A stretch of DNA of 64,000 nt from Octopus vulgaris (GCA_951406725.2 OX597832.1:20522001-20586000), one strand, 5' to 3'; counted from the first letter of the stretch, positions 1-13,928 are shown. The notes: generated from the sequence alone by a model not told the origin. A program made the numbers and translations.

Positions 1-1203
1 CACCACCACCACCACCGCCATTACCAACACAAGTACTACCACCCTCATTGCCACCATCCCTAACACGACCACCACCACAAGCAACAGCATAGCCAACAGT
101 ACTACTACCACCACCACAACCACCACCACCATCACCATCACCACCATCACCACCATTACCAACACATGTACCACCACCCTCGTTGCCACCATTCCTAACA
201 CGACCACCACCACAAGCAACAGCATGGCCAACAGTACTACCACCACCACCATCACCTCCCCTCCACCACCTCATCCTCATCATCATCATCACCAGCACCA
301 TCATCATCATCAGCATCACCATCATTACTATATCGTTTCGCCATCATCATCGTCAACACAAGTACCACCACCTTCATTGCCACCATTGCCACCACCACAA
401 GCAACGGCATGGTCAACAGTACTACCACCACCACCACCACCATCCTGACAAGGAAAACAGTCATCACTTCAGCCACCACGGCCACCACCCCTAACACCAC
501 TACTACCACAAGCAACAGCACTACCTCCACCACTACCACCACCATCCTGACAACCATAACAGCCATCACCACTACCACCACTGCTACCACCACTGCTACC
601 ACCTCTACTCTTACCACAACCATTGGTAGGGTTCACCAAGACCAACGTCCACCCGTACGAAGTCCATCCGCAATATCAATAAAAACCAAAAGCGTGACTT
701 GTTTTGGACATCAGAGTAGAAAAAGGATCGCCACCGTGAAAACGCATTACAATCACCGCCAGTAATACTAATGCCACCATCATCACCACCATCAACGCCA
801 CCCTCACCCTCATCGTCATCGTTATCAAATTCAACGTTTTAATCATCCTCTCCTCACCCCTCATCATCATCATCATCACCGCCATCATTATCGTCGTCGT
901 CGTCGTCGTCATAACATGACCACCACTCCGTCATCATCGTCGACGTCCTCATCAACATCGTCATCACCATCGGCATCAACATCACCACTACCACCACCAC
1001 CACCATAATCATCGTTACCACCACCACCACCATCATCGTCGTCGTCGTCGTCGTCATCATCACCACGAACACGACTCCACCATAATCATCATAATTGTCC
1101 TCATCATTGCCATCATCATCACCATCAGAGCCATCATCATCATCATCATCATCATCGCCATCATCACCTCCAACACCACCACTACCACCACCGCTACCAC
1201 CAC

Positions 1204-1236
<33 letters not shown>

Positions 1237-1548
1237 AAGTATGAATGATTTAATCATCTTAATCTGCCTCGGCGTCATCCAAGATATAACCATCGAAAGC
1301 AGCTACCATCAACATCATCATCATCATCTTCACCATCATTATCACAATCACCTGCCCATCATCATCATCATCGTCGTCGTCATAGTTATCAAAGTTATTA
1401 TCACCACCATTAAATGCTAGCAACCAACTGACCGCTATACTCTCATCATCACCATCATCATCACCACCATCATCATCATCCCCATCATCAATATCACCAT
1501 CATCATCATCACCGTCATCATCATTATCATTACAATCCTCAATTTCGC

Positions 1549-1616
<68 letters not shown>

Positions 1617-1900
1617 CTGTCATCGTCGTTATTAAAGTTATTATCACCACCATCAAATGCAAGCAACAAAGTGACTGCCATCCACCTCCACCTCTACCTC
1701 CTCACCCTCCTCATCATTATCTTCATCATCATCACCACCATCATTCTCACCATCATCATCTTCATCATCATGTTCATCATTATCACCACCACCACCACCA
1801 CCACCACCACCACATCGTCATCATCGCCATCGTCGTCGCTATCGGCGTCAGCGCCATCTTCGTCATCCTTATCAAAGTTATCATCATCAAAAGCGACAAA
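1..1900. repeat. Decayed (CAC)n/(CAT)n triplet repeats with higher-order duplications
   Basis: About 135-bp unit repeated at about 19, 153 and 350; aaagttattatcaccacc.. duplicated at 1391 and 1635. Confidence 0.9.
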
Positions 1901-2202
1901 AGGACCACCGCCGCCATTAACACCAACCTCATAAACAACATCAATTAGAACTACAAAAGGAAGCAATTCACACATATTAATATCATGGTCACCCGACAAA
2001 CCCCCCCCTCACATATTCCCCACTCTACGCCACCATTACTACCGTAACAGCCGCAACCTCCTCCTCCCCATACACACACATGCACTCACAGACGCATACA
2101 CACGCATACACACACATACATATATATCCATATATAAATATATATATATATATATGCATGTATATACACACACATATATATATATTGACAGTGCAATATA
2201 TA

Positions 2203-2238
<36 letters not shown>

Positions 2239-2352
2239 TGTATGTATGTATGTATGTGTATATATATATATATATATACATATATATACACACACATATA
2301 TATATATTGACAGTGCAATATATATATATATATATATACATACATATATATA

Positions 2353-2388
<36 letters not shown>

Positions 2389-3123
2389 TGTATGTATGTA
2401 TGTATGTATATATATGTATATATATATATGTATATATATATGTATATATATATGTATATATATATATTGCACTGTCAAAAACACCACATCGACAATATTC
2501 AGTCATAGACACCGCCCACACTTGGCTGATCACACCGACCACACAACACTTTTGCACCGCCAGCAACTACCGCATCACCAAAATTGTAATAACCACACTA
2601 CCACCACCACCACCACTACCACCACCACCACGAACAAAACCGGTGACGATAAACAAAAGACGACGGACAAAAGACTCGTGCGCGGTGGTTTCGTTACGGA
2701 ATTTGCTTGACAACAATGTGGCTTCTTGATCGAATCTGCAACGCGGTGCTTTGCCTGAAATGCTGGGTTAACCAAAGCATTTCGGAGATAAATTGGCTGG
2801 ACGGAATCTGGGTGTAAACCAAGCAGAAGAACCAGGACCTCCATTTAGAGGACGTACTTAGTACGACACTTTGTTTAAAGCTACCATCTGGCCCATGGTG
2901 CGGTTACATGGTGCGGGTTTATTCCTTTCAAAGCAAATCATTTCGGGTGTTTTTTTTTTTGTTTTTGATGTTGTGTTTTTGTTTTGTTTTGTTTTTGTTA
3001 TTAATTTTGCGTTCCGTTCTTGGATGTTTAGAAGTTTTATTTGGATTTGAAATGACTTACACTGACTCTTCAACATTAGTGGTGGTGATTGATGATGATG
3101 GCGACGACGACGACGACGACGAC

Positions 3124-3163
<40 letters not shown>

Positions 3164-3420
3164 TTGGTGGTAGTGGTGGTGGTGGTGGTAGTGATGATGG
3201 TTATGATGATGATGATGGTGGTGATGATGACGATGACGACGAAAACGATGGTTGTGGTGGTGTTGGTGAAAGTGTTGATTGAAGTGGAGTTTGTCCTTGG
3301 CATTACGATTGCAATGATGATGATGATGATGATAACGATAGCAGTGAAGATGTTGGAGTTAGCAATTTGAGTGAGAAACCAGTCGTATATATGTATATAT
3401 ATATATATATATATATACAC

Positions 3421-3669
3421 ACAATTGCAGCGTGGAAGGTGTTTATAAGCCATTTAAGAAACACACAAAAGCCGTTCGATTCACTTCAACATTTAAGGTT
3501 AATTTGTCAAAATATTTTCGTCGCTAAAATCCGCGACCTGTTCACTGACAAAAATCCAACGGCTTTTGTGTGTTTCTTAAATGGCTTATAAACACCTTCC
3601 ACGCTGCAATTGTTTTCGTTTCAGCACACGATCTCAGATCAAATTACTTGCTATACGAGTACATCTCCG

Positions 3670-3672
<3 letters not shown>
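3421..3672. mobile_element. Penelope-like/retrozyme-type non-autonomous element with inverted partial copy (family P1)
   Basis: Perfect 56-bp inverted repeat 3421-3476 / 3558-3613 enclosing the hammerhead; homologous to 17000-17202 and 34720-34918; flanked by (TA)n. Confidence 0.65.
3503..3552 (-). ncRNA. Minimal type-I hammerhead ribozyme motif, variant G3-C8 core (intact copy)
   Basis: Minus strand reads TTTGTCA-GTGAACA-G-GTCGC-ggatttta-GCGAC-GAAA-ATAT-TT-TGACAAA: 7-bp stem I, core GUGAACA, one extra nt, 5-bp stem II, GAAA, palindromic AATATT in place of stem III, NUH triplet UUU. Confidence 0.7.
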
Positions 3673-3749
<77 letters not shown>

Positions 3750-3789
3750 ATATTTATGTGTATGTATGTATGTGTGTGTGTGTGTATGT

Positions 3790-4007
3790 TTGTGTGTCTG
3801 TGTTTCTCCCCCCAATATCGCTTGACAACCGATGCTGGTGTGTTTACGTCCCCCTAACTTAGCGGTTCGGCATAAGAGCCCGATAGAATAAGTAATAGGC
3901 TTACAAAGAATAAGTCCTGGGGCCGATTTGGTCGACTAAAAAGCGGTGCCCCAGCATGGCCACAATCAAATGACTGAAAGAAGCAAAAGAGTAAAAGAGT
4001 AAAAGAG
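3790..4007 (+). mobile_element. SINE family A 3' half
   Basis: cgcttgacaaccgatgctggtgtgtttacgtcccc...aaatgactgaa...(aaagagt)n. Confidence 0.85.
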
Positions 4008-4069
4008 CTGTAAGAAATATCGCACGGCAATTTCTTACACGCTCTACAGATTCTTTGAAACCACAACCA

Positions 4070-4128
<59 letters not shown>

Positions 4129-4209
4129 TTACTACTACTACGAAGTCGACGACGAGAACGACTAGAAATACTACTAATAATTCCAAATTGTGGCAGCAGC
4201 AGTTTCAGC

Positions 4210-4320
<111 letters not shown>

Positions 4321-4641
4321 TACAACACTGCCATCACAACCTGTACGACTACAATTTCAAGCGGTTGTTAGTATCATAGCTGCGACCCGTTAACCACCGA
4401 AAGCGCCAAGTCCACCATCACCCAATATAAACGCTGTGTTTACCCTCACCACCAGCAATATCATCACCATCATCATCATCATCATCATCATCATAATCAT
4501 CATCATCATCATCATCGTCATCATCGTCATCATCATCATCATCGTCATCATCACCATCATCATCGTCATCATCATCATCATCATCGTCGTCGTCATCATC
4601 ATCACCATCATCATCACCACCATCATCGTCATCATCATTAC

Positions 4642-4687
<46 letters not shown>

Positions 4688-5688
4688 GTCATCATCATCA
4701 TCATCATCATCATCCTCCTCCTCCTCCTCCTCATCATCATCATCAGCACCATCATCATCATCATCATCATCTCCATAACCACCAGCGCATTCCGTTCTTC
4801 ACCGCAATCATCCCATTAGCACCATCAACACTCCCACCACGACCACCACCACCAATACAACGAACACCAAACGTTACCGCTTTAATCACTACTACCAATT
4901 GCACTTGTTTAATTTACACGGCCAATCGAGTTTGCAAAGGAAAGAAAAGGGTTAAAAGTGGGGCCGGAAAACGAGGGGGACAAAACAACACACACACACA
5001 CACAGAGGAGCGTCCGGGCCACACACATACGCTAAGACTGGGTTACATACGCGAAGACATCAAGACTGAAGCAGGTCAATTAACTTTAAGTGCAGCACTG
5101 ATGTGTACAATCACGTGACATATTCAGCCGCCGCCATTGTACGTGTCCATGTATGAGTGAGCTTTGCATGGGTGCTATCCAGTTGCGCTTATTGTGCTGG
5201 GGGTTCTGGTTGTGGTTGTGCCAATGGTGGTGAAGGTGGAGGTGGTGGTGACGGTGGGAAGGTGATGAAAGATGTGGCGAAGTGAAGTGAAGTGAGGTGA
5301 GGTGAGGTGTGGGGGCGGAATGTAAAAAAAAAAGGCAGAGTAAGTTGATGAGGAAGTTGGTATGAGTTCGAATCTCTTGCACCCCCGTCACCCTGGAACA
5401 CACTAGTTCTAATTCATTGGTTTCGTGTTGTGTGCACTGATGTGTTCGTATGTGTTTATAAGTGTATTTGTATATGTGCATATACACACTCATATATATG
5501 TTTATGTCTCATGTGTGTGTGTGTGTTTACATACATACAGAGATACACGCTTAAGCACATATACCTACATATATATATATGTATGTATACATATGTATGT
5601 ACATATACATATGTATTTGTATATAGAGAGATATATATGAATGCATGTATGTACAGGAGATAGGTAGATAGATAGGTAGATAGATAGG

Positions 5689-5741
<53 letters not shown>

Positions 5742-6216
5742 TGAGTGATTGGTCGGTAGATGAACATATTAAGAAGTTTGCTTAGCAAATACGATCGCCA
5801 GGTTCAATCTTACTGTTGGACAAATAGGAAGTATCTAATTTTTTTTATAATGTCAGTTTTATATATTTACTATAACCCGTAGCTGACGAGTTAAATTGGG
5901 TACATGGAAACTTTATACAGGCCCGTCGGATGCATTGCACATGTAATTAATAAATGTAAAAGCTTGTCACACCACAAACACACTCTTGTCTGGATATACC
6001 ATGTCTGCTTGCACATGTATGGAGCAGTCCATACGCTGTAATTACGTTCACGTGTATATATATATATGTATATATATTTCGATAATAATAAAAGGGTAAA
6101 ATTTATGAATTAATTAATCAATTAATTACTTGATAATTAATAATTTTACCATGTAGTTCGGTACGTTAAAATATATTTTCTAGCTAAAATCATACAAATA
6201 TTCTATAATTATAAGC

Positions 6217-6393
6217 ATAATTATAATCAGGGGTCAGCTATTTGCTTCCCCACGCACAGAATTTAGAATTGGCAGATAAAATACCTTTGCCGCTACCATA
6301 AATTTATTTATGGTAGCGGAAAAGTTATTTTAACTACTATTTCTAAATTTGGTGCGTGGCGAAGAAATTAGCTGACCTCTGATTACAATTATA
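6217..6393. repeat. Imperfect fold-back palindrome (about 88-bp arms, 2-nt loop)
   Basis: Centre CCGCTACCATAAAT-tt-ATTTATGGTAGCGG; outer arms aatcaggggtcagcta / tagctgacctctgatt. Confidence 0.85.
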
Positions 6394-6591
6394 GTCTATA
6401 TATATATATATATATATATAATAATAAATATTAGGGAATAAATCTAAATTTACAGGGAAAATCAGATTTAGGATTTTATAGTAAAATATTAGTGGCGAAT
6501 ATAATTTTATTTAATTTATATTAAAATTTTTTTATGTATTGGATTAAGTCTTTCTTTGTTTGATTTGCAAAATAGTGGTTTTGTCTCTAAT

Positions 6592-6663
<72 letters not shown>

Positions 6664-7954
6664 GTATGTATGCATGCATGTATGTATGCATGGAATTGTG
6701 TGGGTGTTTGTTTTCACAGACTTAGTAATCCTCCATATATAGCTGGCATTTGGTAAATGAACAAGTTCGAATTTCCTGCTCTCATTTGAGTTTCCAGGCG
6801 TGAAATTGGCTTATCCGGAACTCATAATATTGCGATCCTTTTATTTTTTGAATACTTGTATATTCAACATATGTAGGTCTCTCAAGTATTGTTAAAGTAC
6901 AGAAAAGCTGTGGTCATTTGTTAAATATGGAAGTTTCGGACACTCATTGTAGTATCTGATCCTACGTACTGATGACAAGGGGGGGGGGGGCATTTGCTAT
7001 TGTGCAATAGTGCCTTGTTATGACAGTTGTATATGTACATACATACACACACACTCATACAGGAATATATATATAGTCATGTATGTATAATGTAAATGCA
7101 ATCAAAACAATACTGGAGTGACAAATGCTGAATAAGCTTAACACGTAAATAGAAAAATAAATGAAAATCAACGTTTCGGGCATCAGTCATTCACCAACGA
7201 TAAAAGAAATGCATAGAGTGAGAAATAGAAAGACAGAGGTAAAAATTGACTAGGGGTTTGATGGCATGCAGAAATGCGGGTTTCTAAATACGCGCACATA
7301 TTATTGTTTCTTCTTTCTGAAGATAATGTATGCTAGCTAATGAGAGCTATTGCGTAAAGCCTGAAATAAAAATTTTAAATTACGAAATACTGTTTGACAC
7401 TTACAAATCTAAAGACAAAAGAATATTATAAATTCCATCTCATTTCTTATTGTTAAGTAACATCAAACAATGTGATAAAATGATTTCAATCTGATAAGTA
7501 TTAGAGCGATAGATTAGTCTGACAGTGATGTATTGTTCAATTATTTCAATTTGTGCTCTGTAGTGTATCTAATTAAATTGCAAAGACTGTAAGTTTGTGA
7601 AGAGTGGGTGGACCGAAAACATCGACAATTATAATTTGAAACAAAATTTTTATTAATAAATCTGTAAGGACTAAACGCTAAGTTTTACCTCAGTGAAATT
7701 TGAACTGCCGTCGGAAAGACGCGGAATAACTACGCCAAGGACATTTTTCGACGATTCGTTTATTCCGCCAATCTACTGTGTGGTCTTTATACATTATCTG
7801 TGATAATTGCTACGAATATAAAACTAAATTTTACTAGCAGAATAAGTACAAGGTTTCCAAAGAATAAATCCTGGGGTCAATCTGCTGCTCGTCTAAAGGC
7901 GATCCTCCAGCATGGCCGCAGTCAAATGACCGAAACAAGTAAAAGAGTAAAAGA

Positions 7955-7994
<40 letters not shown>

Positions 7995-7997
7995 ATA

Positions 7998-8030
<33 letters not shown>

Positions 8031-8503
8031 ACCTATGTATGATTGTATGTATGTATATCTCTATATGAGTTGGAAATTAAACTACCATCCAAGGGATAGT
8101 GAATATCCAATATACTACTGGATTTATACCTGCGTATTTATATCCAAGTGCTTACAATTGCAGGGCAATATCGCAATTGAATACTTGGTATGGATGGGGG
8201 TAAAACAGAAATTTATCCAGGATTATTTATAAGGCAAATAAGAAAATGGAGACGATAAACAGTCGACAAAAATCAGCCAGTATACATCCAATTATACCTA
8301 TTTATTAATTGATTACAATCATATGTATGAGTGATCATTCATTGTAATTCGTTTATCTGGATCACTCCTTCGTTCATTCGTTTAATTCATTCGTTTATTG
8401 GGATCACTCGTACACGTGACTGCAATCAATTAATAAGTAGATATAATTGAAATTTTACAGGCTGGTGTTTGTCGATTGCCTATCCTCTCCATTTTCGTAT
8501 TTG

Positions 8504-8615
<112 letters not shown>

Positions 8616-8675
8616 GTATATATGTATGCACAAACACATACACGTATGCATATATATAATTATGCATACATATGT

Positions 8676-8706
<31 letters not shown>

Positions 8707-9844
8707 AATGTGTTTACGCGTGTGTACACGTACGCTAACGCACGTGTTTACATATAATTTAGTTGGCATAGAAAGGTCACTGGCCAAAACATATCCTGAG
8801 CGATGTTTCCTACTGTAGAGAGAAAGACAGACAGAAAAAGAGAGAAATTTCGGCAAAGGGGACAACATTGCTAACGTTCTGTTCCAATAAAACTGCTTTG
8901 AAGGTCATTTTTCAGAAGAGGTAATTCTGTGGGAATGTTGTGAAAATTGTTAGGGAGTGTGTAGAGCGCCTATTATGCAATTTATTCGTTCGAAAAACAT
9001 TAAAGGCTTGCAGGAAAAGAAATAAAATACTTTTGTAATGTTTAGGCCTTCTATGTACGAACCCCAAATAACGACGTTATTATGTAACTGAAACACGTGT
9101 CAGACCATTGGGCAAAATGTTTCCGTCTGTCTACAGCATGAGTTCAAATTCCATTGAGGTTACATCGTAAATTTTACTCTAACGCAGGGAATAATGTCAC
9201 GCCCATACCCCTCCTTTTCTTCCCCCTCCTTCTTTGTCCTCTCATAGAAGTACTTCGTATAAAAATGGAAAACCATGTATATATGAATGTACGTATGTGG
9301 TCGGTCACGTTTGACCATGCTTCTGCAGGAGTGTGCATAAATGTTTTAGAAAATTAGACAGCTGCCGTTACATGTAAGACTTCGATTTTAAGTCCGTGGT
9401 CTTTCCCTTGGAAATGCCACCTGCTTTGTCCAATACATTACTGGAACCGCTCTCATATAGGGATTGCTGTCACGAAGCAAAGAACAGATATCTCAAAGCA
9501 TTATACCCGATTATCTAATAGCATTACTTATCCACGGAACATGATGAGTGCGCGCGTGTGTGTGTGTGGTTTTTTTTAAAATGGATACTAAGAAAATCTA
9601 AATAGACTGCAAAGTGAGACGAATTTTGAACTGAGAGCTCAGATACTAGGGGGAAATTAGCACTGCATATATGCATTATACACAATGTTCTAACAAATCT
9701 GACAAAGTGAGAAAAATTATTTTAGAAACACACTTTTGAACTCCAGAACAAATGTTGATCCTTGCAAATTCATGAGGTCCGTTACTAAGAAAAGTTATAA
9801 ATCTAGCATTCTGCGCTGTTTTGCTATACCACAGGCGAGGGAAT

Positions 9845-10317
9845 GCTTTTTTATTGTTGTACAGAATCCACATTTCATCGCAAGTTACAATACGGTAAAT
9901 AAATGGATCGGTCTGGTTACCAAGAAGAGGCGACAAGCAAATTTCATATCTGCGCATTTTCTGATTTTCATTCAAATCATGTGGTACCATTTGTCGAGCT
10001 TTTATGATTTTCCGATCGCATGTAAATGGTTGCAGACAGATTTCTGGCTAACTTAATGTTCTTTCGCCACAACTCGAGTGGTTTTACGTGGATTTTTCTT
10101 AATGACGGTCTTTAATTTACCGTCATCGATGACACAAGAGCGTCCTGTACGCTCACGATCTTCAAGGCTCCGGTTTAAACCATTTTCGAGCTGACCCCTC
10201 ACTAGTATTTTCCTCACCTACTGTTTCGTTGATATCGCGAGCAGTTTTATCTGCTTTACGTTCTTTTTTGAAGTTGAATAGCGAAATTGCTCGAATATCG
10301 CGCTTTGACAGTTCCAT
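9845..10317 (-). pseudogene. Decayed mariner (Tc1/mariner) transposase, N-terminal half
   Basis: From ATG at 10317: MELSKRDIRAISLFNFKK...TARDINETVGE...ARKWFK / SLEDRERTGRS...IKKNPRKTTR... / WVPHDLNENQKMRRYEICLSPLLGNQTDPFIYRIVTCDEMWILYNN. Shows the WVPHEL motif and the first catalytic Asp (IVTGDEKW-like), with stops and frameshifts. Possible TIR remnant near 10475-10503. Confidence 0.92.
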
Positions 10318-10654
10318 TTCAGATGATTGTAACAACGGGGAAAAAAAATATCAATGTTAACATATTGATGCATATGGGCAAGTCTATGTCTGTATTATCA
10401 GACAATTGCAAAAAAAAAATTTTGAAACAATGTTAAACTCTGCAAAAATTCGGTACAAATTCTTCATGGCTCAAAACGTTGGTTTTTTACTCAATCTGAT
10501 ATACACAAGCATAATACACGCACACACAAACACACGCTCACAGACGTACGTGCACGCGCACACACACACATACGCTCATATAGTGTATGTATATAAAATG
10601 AAAGAAAAGGAAATAATATATATATACACTTTACGGCGCTCCACACGGCCTCTA

Positions 10655-10870
10655 TCTTTTCTACTCTAGGCACAAGGCCTGAAATTTTGGAGGAGAAGCC
10701 CAGTCGGTTAGATCGACTCCAGTACGCAACTGGTTCTTAATTTATCGACCACGAAATGATGAAAGGCAAAGTTGACCTCGGCGGAATTCGAACTCACAAT
10801 ATAATGGTAGACGAAATACCGCTTAGCATTTCGCCTGGCGTGCTAACGATTCTGCCAGCTCACCGCCCTT
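10655..10870 (-). mobile_element. SINE family B
   Basis: tttatcgacc..gaaa.gatgaaaggcaaagt.gacctcggcggaatt.gaactc...ctgccagctcaccgcc. Other copies at 25422-25665(+), 31935-32130(+), 32610-32720(-), 24915-25110(-) and 63340-63450(+). Confidence 0.85.
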
Positions 10871-12744
10871 ACACACGGCCTCTGTCTACCAAATTCACTC
10901 TAGGCTATTGGTCGACCCGGGAATATTGTAGAGGTACTTACCGAAGTTACCCTGCAGTGGAGTCGAACCCGAGACTACGTGGTTGTAAAGCAAGTTTCTT
11001 AACCTCTAACAGCATTTGTATAGAAGTATTTGGGAAAACTTCATTTAAAACATTTAGTATTCTAACAGCACTACACTCAATGAATTGTAGTGGCATGTGG
11101 CTTAGTGGGTAAGGTGTTGGACTCATAATCGTAAGATTGCGGGTTCGATTCCTGGACTGGGCGACGTGTAGTGTTCTTGAGAATAACACTTCATGCTCGT
11201 CCGTCTTTAAGTACTGATTTCAAATTCCGCCTGGTTTGACTTTACCCATCATTCTCAATGGATCGATTAAGTGAGTACCAGTTGAGTAGTGGGTTCAATG
11301 TGATCGATTAAATCGCCCGCTCTACAGCAGCAGCAAAATTGCAGGCCTTGTGCCAAAGTTTGTAACCGGTATCATCTGGTCTCCTGTAAGGTCGTCCTTC
11401 TCTTTTAAACCATCAAAACATAAACCGGGAGGAAATATAGAAGCCAAATCTAATGTCAACTAAAAAAACATTTATAATTATTACTCACAGCCTCCAATAT
11501 TTTTTCCTCGACCTAAATCAATCATGGCATCACTTCTATTACTTTTGACATTATCGAAAAACAACAAGAAACAAAAGCAAACAATACAAAACCATACCAA
11601 CAACAACACCAACACCAACAACAACAACAACAACGGCAGCAACTACAATGTCAGCAATAAAATTCAAAGCTCTAATTTGAAATAATATCAAGTGTCATAA
11701 CATCAATCGATGTCTGTGCATAGACCATATCTCGATACCCACCAACGCTACCACCACCGCCACCACCACGACTACTACTACTTCTACTACTGCTACCCTC
11801 CATTTTGGGTATCTTCCTACCCACCAGCCTACCCCCACCCTGTCCTGTACACTATCTACAGCAACATCTAACACACACATACATACATACATATTTACAT
11901 ATATCGATATCTATGTATCTTTCTGAATTTACACGCGCATATATATATATATAAATATAAATATATATATATATAGATGGATAGATAGATGCATGCATAC
12001 ATACATACATACATATATATATAGATGGATAGATAGATGCATGCATACATACATATATATATATATATATGTATGTATATATATATATACACACACATAT
12101 ATATATATATATATACACATATAAGTATGCATTTATATATGTATATATATATACGCACGTATGTATGTATGGTTGTATATATGTAGATATATGTTGCATT
12201 TTTATTAGTGTACGTAATATTGATGTATGTACATATGGGTGTCTATATATCTATATATATGTGTGTGTGTATGCATGTATGTATACACGAATATATGAAT
12301 GGGCGTATGTATGTATGAAGTTAAGGAGGGAGTCAAATAGATGTTTGATTCTCTGTGTGTGTTTCTCTGCATTTTCGAGCGTATGTGTGTCTTTCCCTGT
12401 GTTTGTGTGTGTGTATGTGTGTGTGTATGTGTGTGTGTATGTGTGTGTTTATGGTTAGATATAATTGGACATACAATTCATACATATACTTATTTGGCAT
12501 CAGATGTTGACCACACAAACATACCTACAAACTACACAGACGGACACACACATAAGGACACACGCGCCCAAACACACACACACACATAAACACAAACATG
12601 ATAGACTAGTGAACGAGGGTGTAATTGCATTTATGAGTGTGTGTGTGTGTATTTTCATATATTTCGAAAATTAGAGACCAACAACGAATTGCTTACACAT
12701 ATATCTATATAGACACACATACACAAAACACACATATAAAATAT

Positions 12745-12805
<61 letters not shown>

Positions 12806-12887
12806 ATGTATATATATGTATATATATATATATAAATATATATAAATATATACATATATGTATATATATATATATGTATATATATAA

Positions 12888-12923
<36 letters not shown>

Positions 12924-13874
12924 GTATCTACGTAAGTTCATGTATGTTATATATAAAATGCATATGTAAGCACAAATATATATATGTTTGTGTGATAGTG
13001 TATACGTGTGTTTGTGTCGTTATACGTCTCCATTTTTTTTTTGGGTGTTTTTGTGTATTTTGGTTTCATTTCTTTAATTTTTATTTTTGTTTTCTTTTTG
13101 TTTTTTCTAATGTAGGTATTGACACAGTCAAATGTGTTAAGTACTGTTGCAAGCCATTTATCACAGAAAATTCAAAAAGACTGTTTGAACAGGTCCAATG
13201 TTGCGTAAAGGCGACCCGAACGGCAGTTAAATAAAACAAAAAAAAGTACATAAATAACAAGGAAAAAAAATAAAAGAAAATATATAAATAAATAAATAAA
13301 TAAATAAATACAAAATAAAAATGGAAGAAGCATTTCAGCAGAAAGCTGGTTGGTATTGTTCCGTTGCAGTTGGAGTTTTCACACATCAATAACGATATTG
13401 TTCGATAAAAATTGGTAATTTGAAAGTATCGAGATGAGAGAAAGTGAGAGAGAGAGAGAGAGTAACAGAAGAGAGTAACAGAGAGAGAGAGAGAGAGAGA
13501 GAGAGGGTGAGTGTGGTGGGGAGGTAGGGAAGCTAACACATGCGCAGACATATATTCATATACTTATACATCAACATACAGTAATTATATACACATACAT
13601 GGGTGTGTATACTTATGCGTATATGCATATACATAACTATGTATAAAGTATATAGCTACAAATATATATGCGTGTATATATACATACATACATAGACATA
13701 TATATATGTGTGTGAGTGTGTGTGTGTATGCATATATATATATATACAGATATATATAAATGTGTGTATATATATATACCTACTGACATACATGTATATA
13801 TATATACATATATATATATATACGTGTATGTATATATATGCATATATATATATACATATATATATACACACATG

Positions 13875-13928
<54 letters not shown>

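Noticed and set aside
1-765. Thr-rich mucin-like or His-rich reading frames
   Set aside because: Expected from decayed (CAC)n repeats; no signal peptide, splice support or frame preference visible.
2465-2478. TATTGCACT (miR-92-like 5' end); also AGGCAAGAT at about 25687 (miR-31-like) and CCAGATCTA at 56097 (miR-750-like)
   Set aside because: Only 9-nt matches, without pre-miRNA folds.
5339-5360. AGTAAGTTGATG resembling the start of molluscan miR-1990-5p as I recall it
   Set aside because: Match stops at 12 nt and there is no complementary arm.
5880-5940. CTGACGA...GAAA spacing suggesting a hammerhead
   Set aside because: No stem I or stem II pairing; lies in a diverged SINE body.
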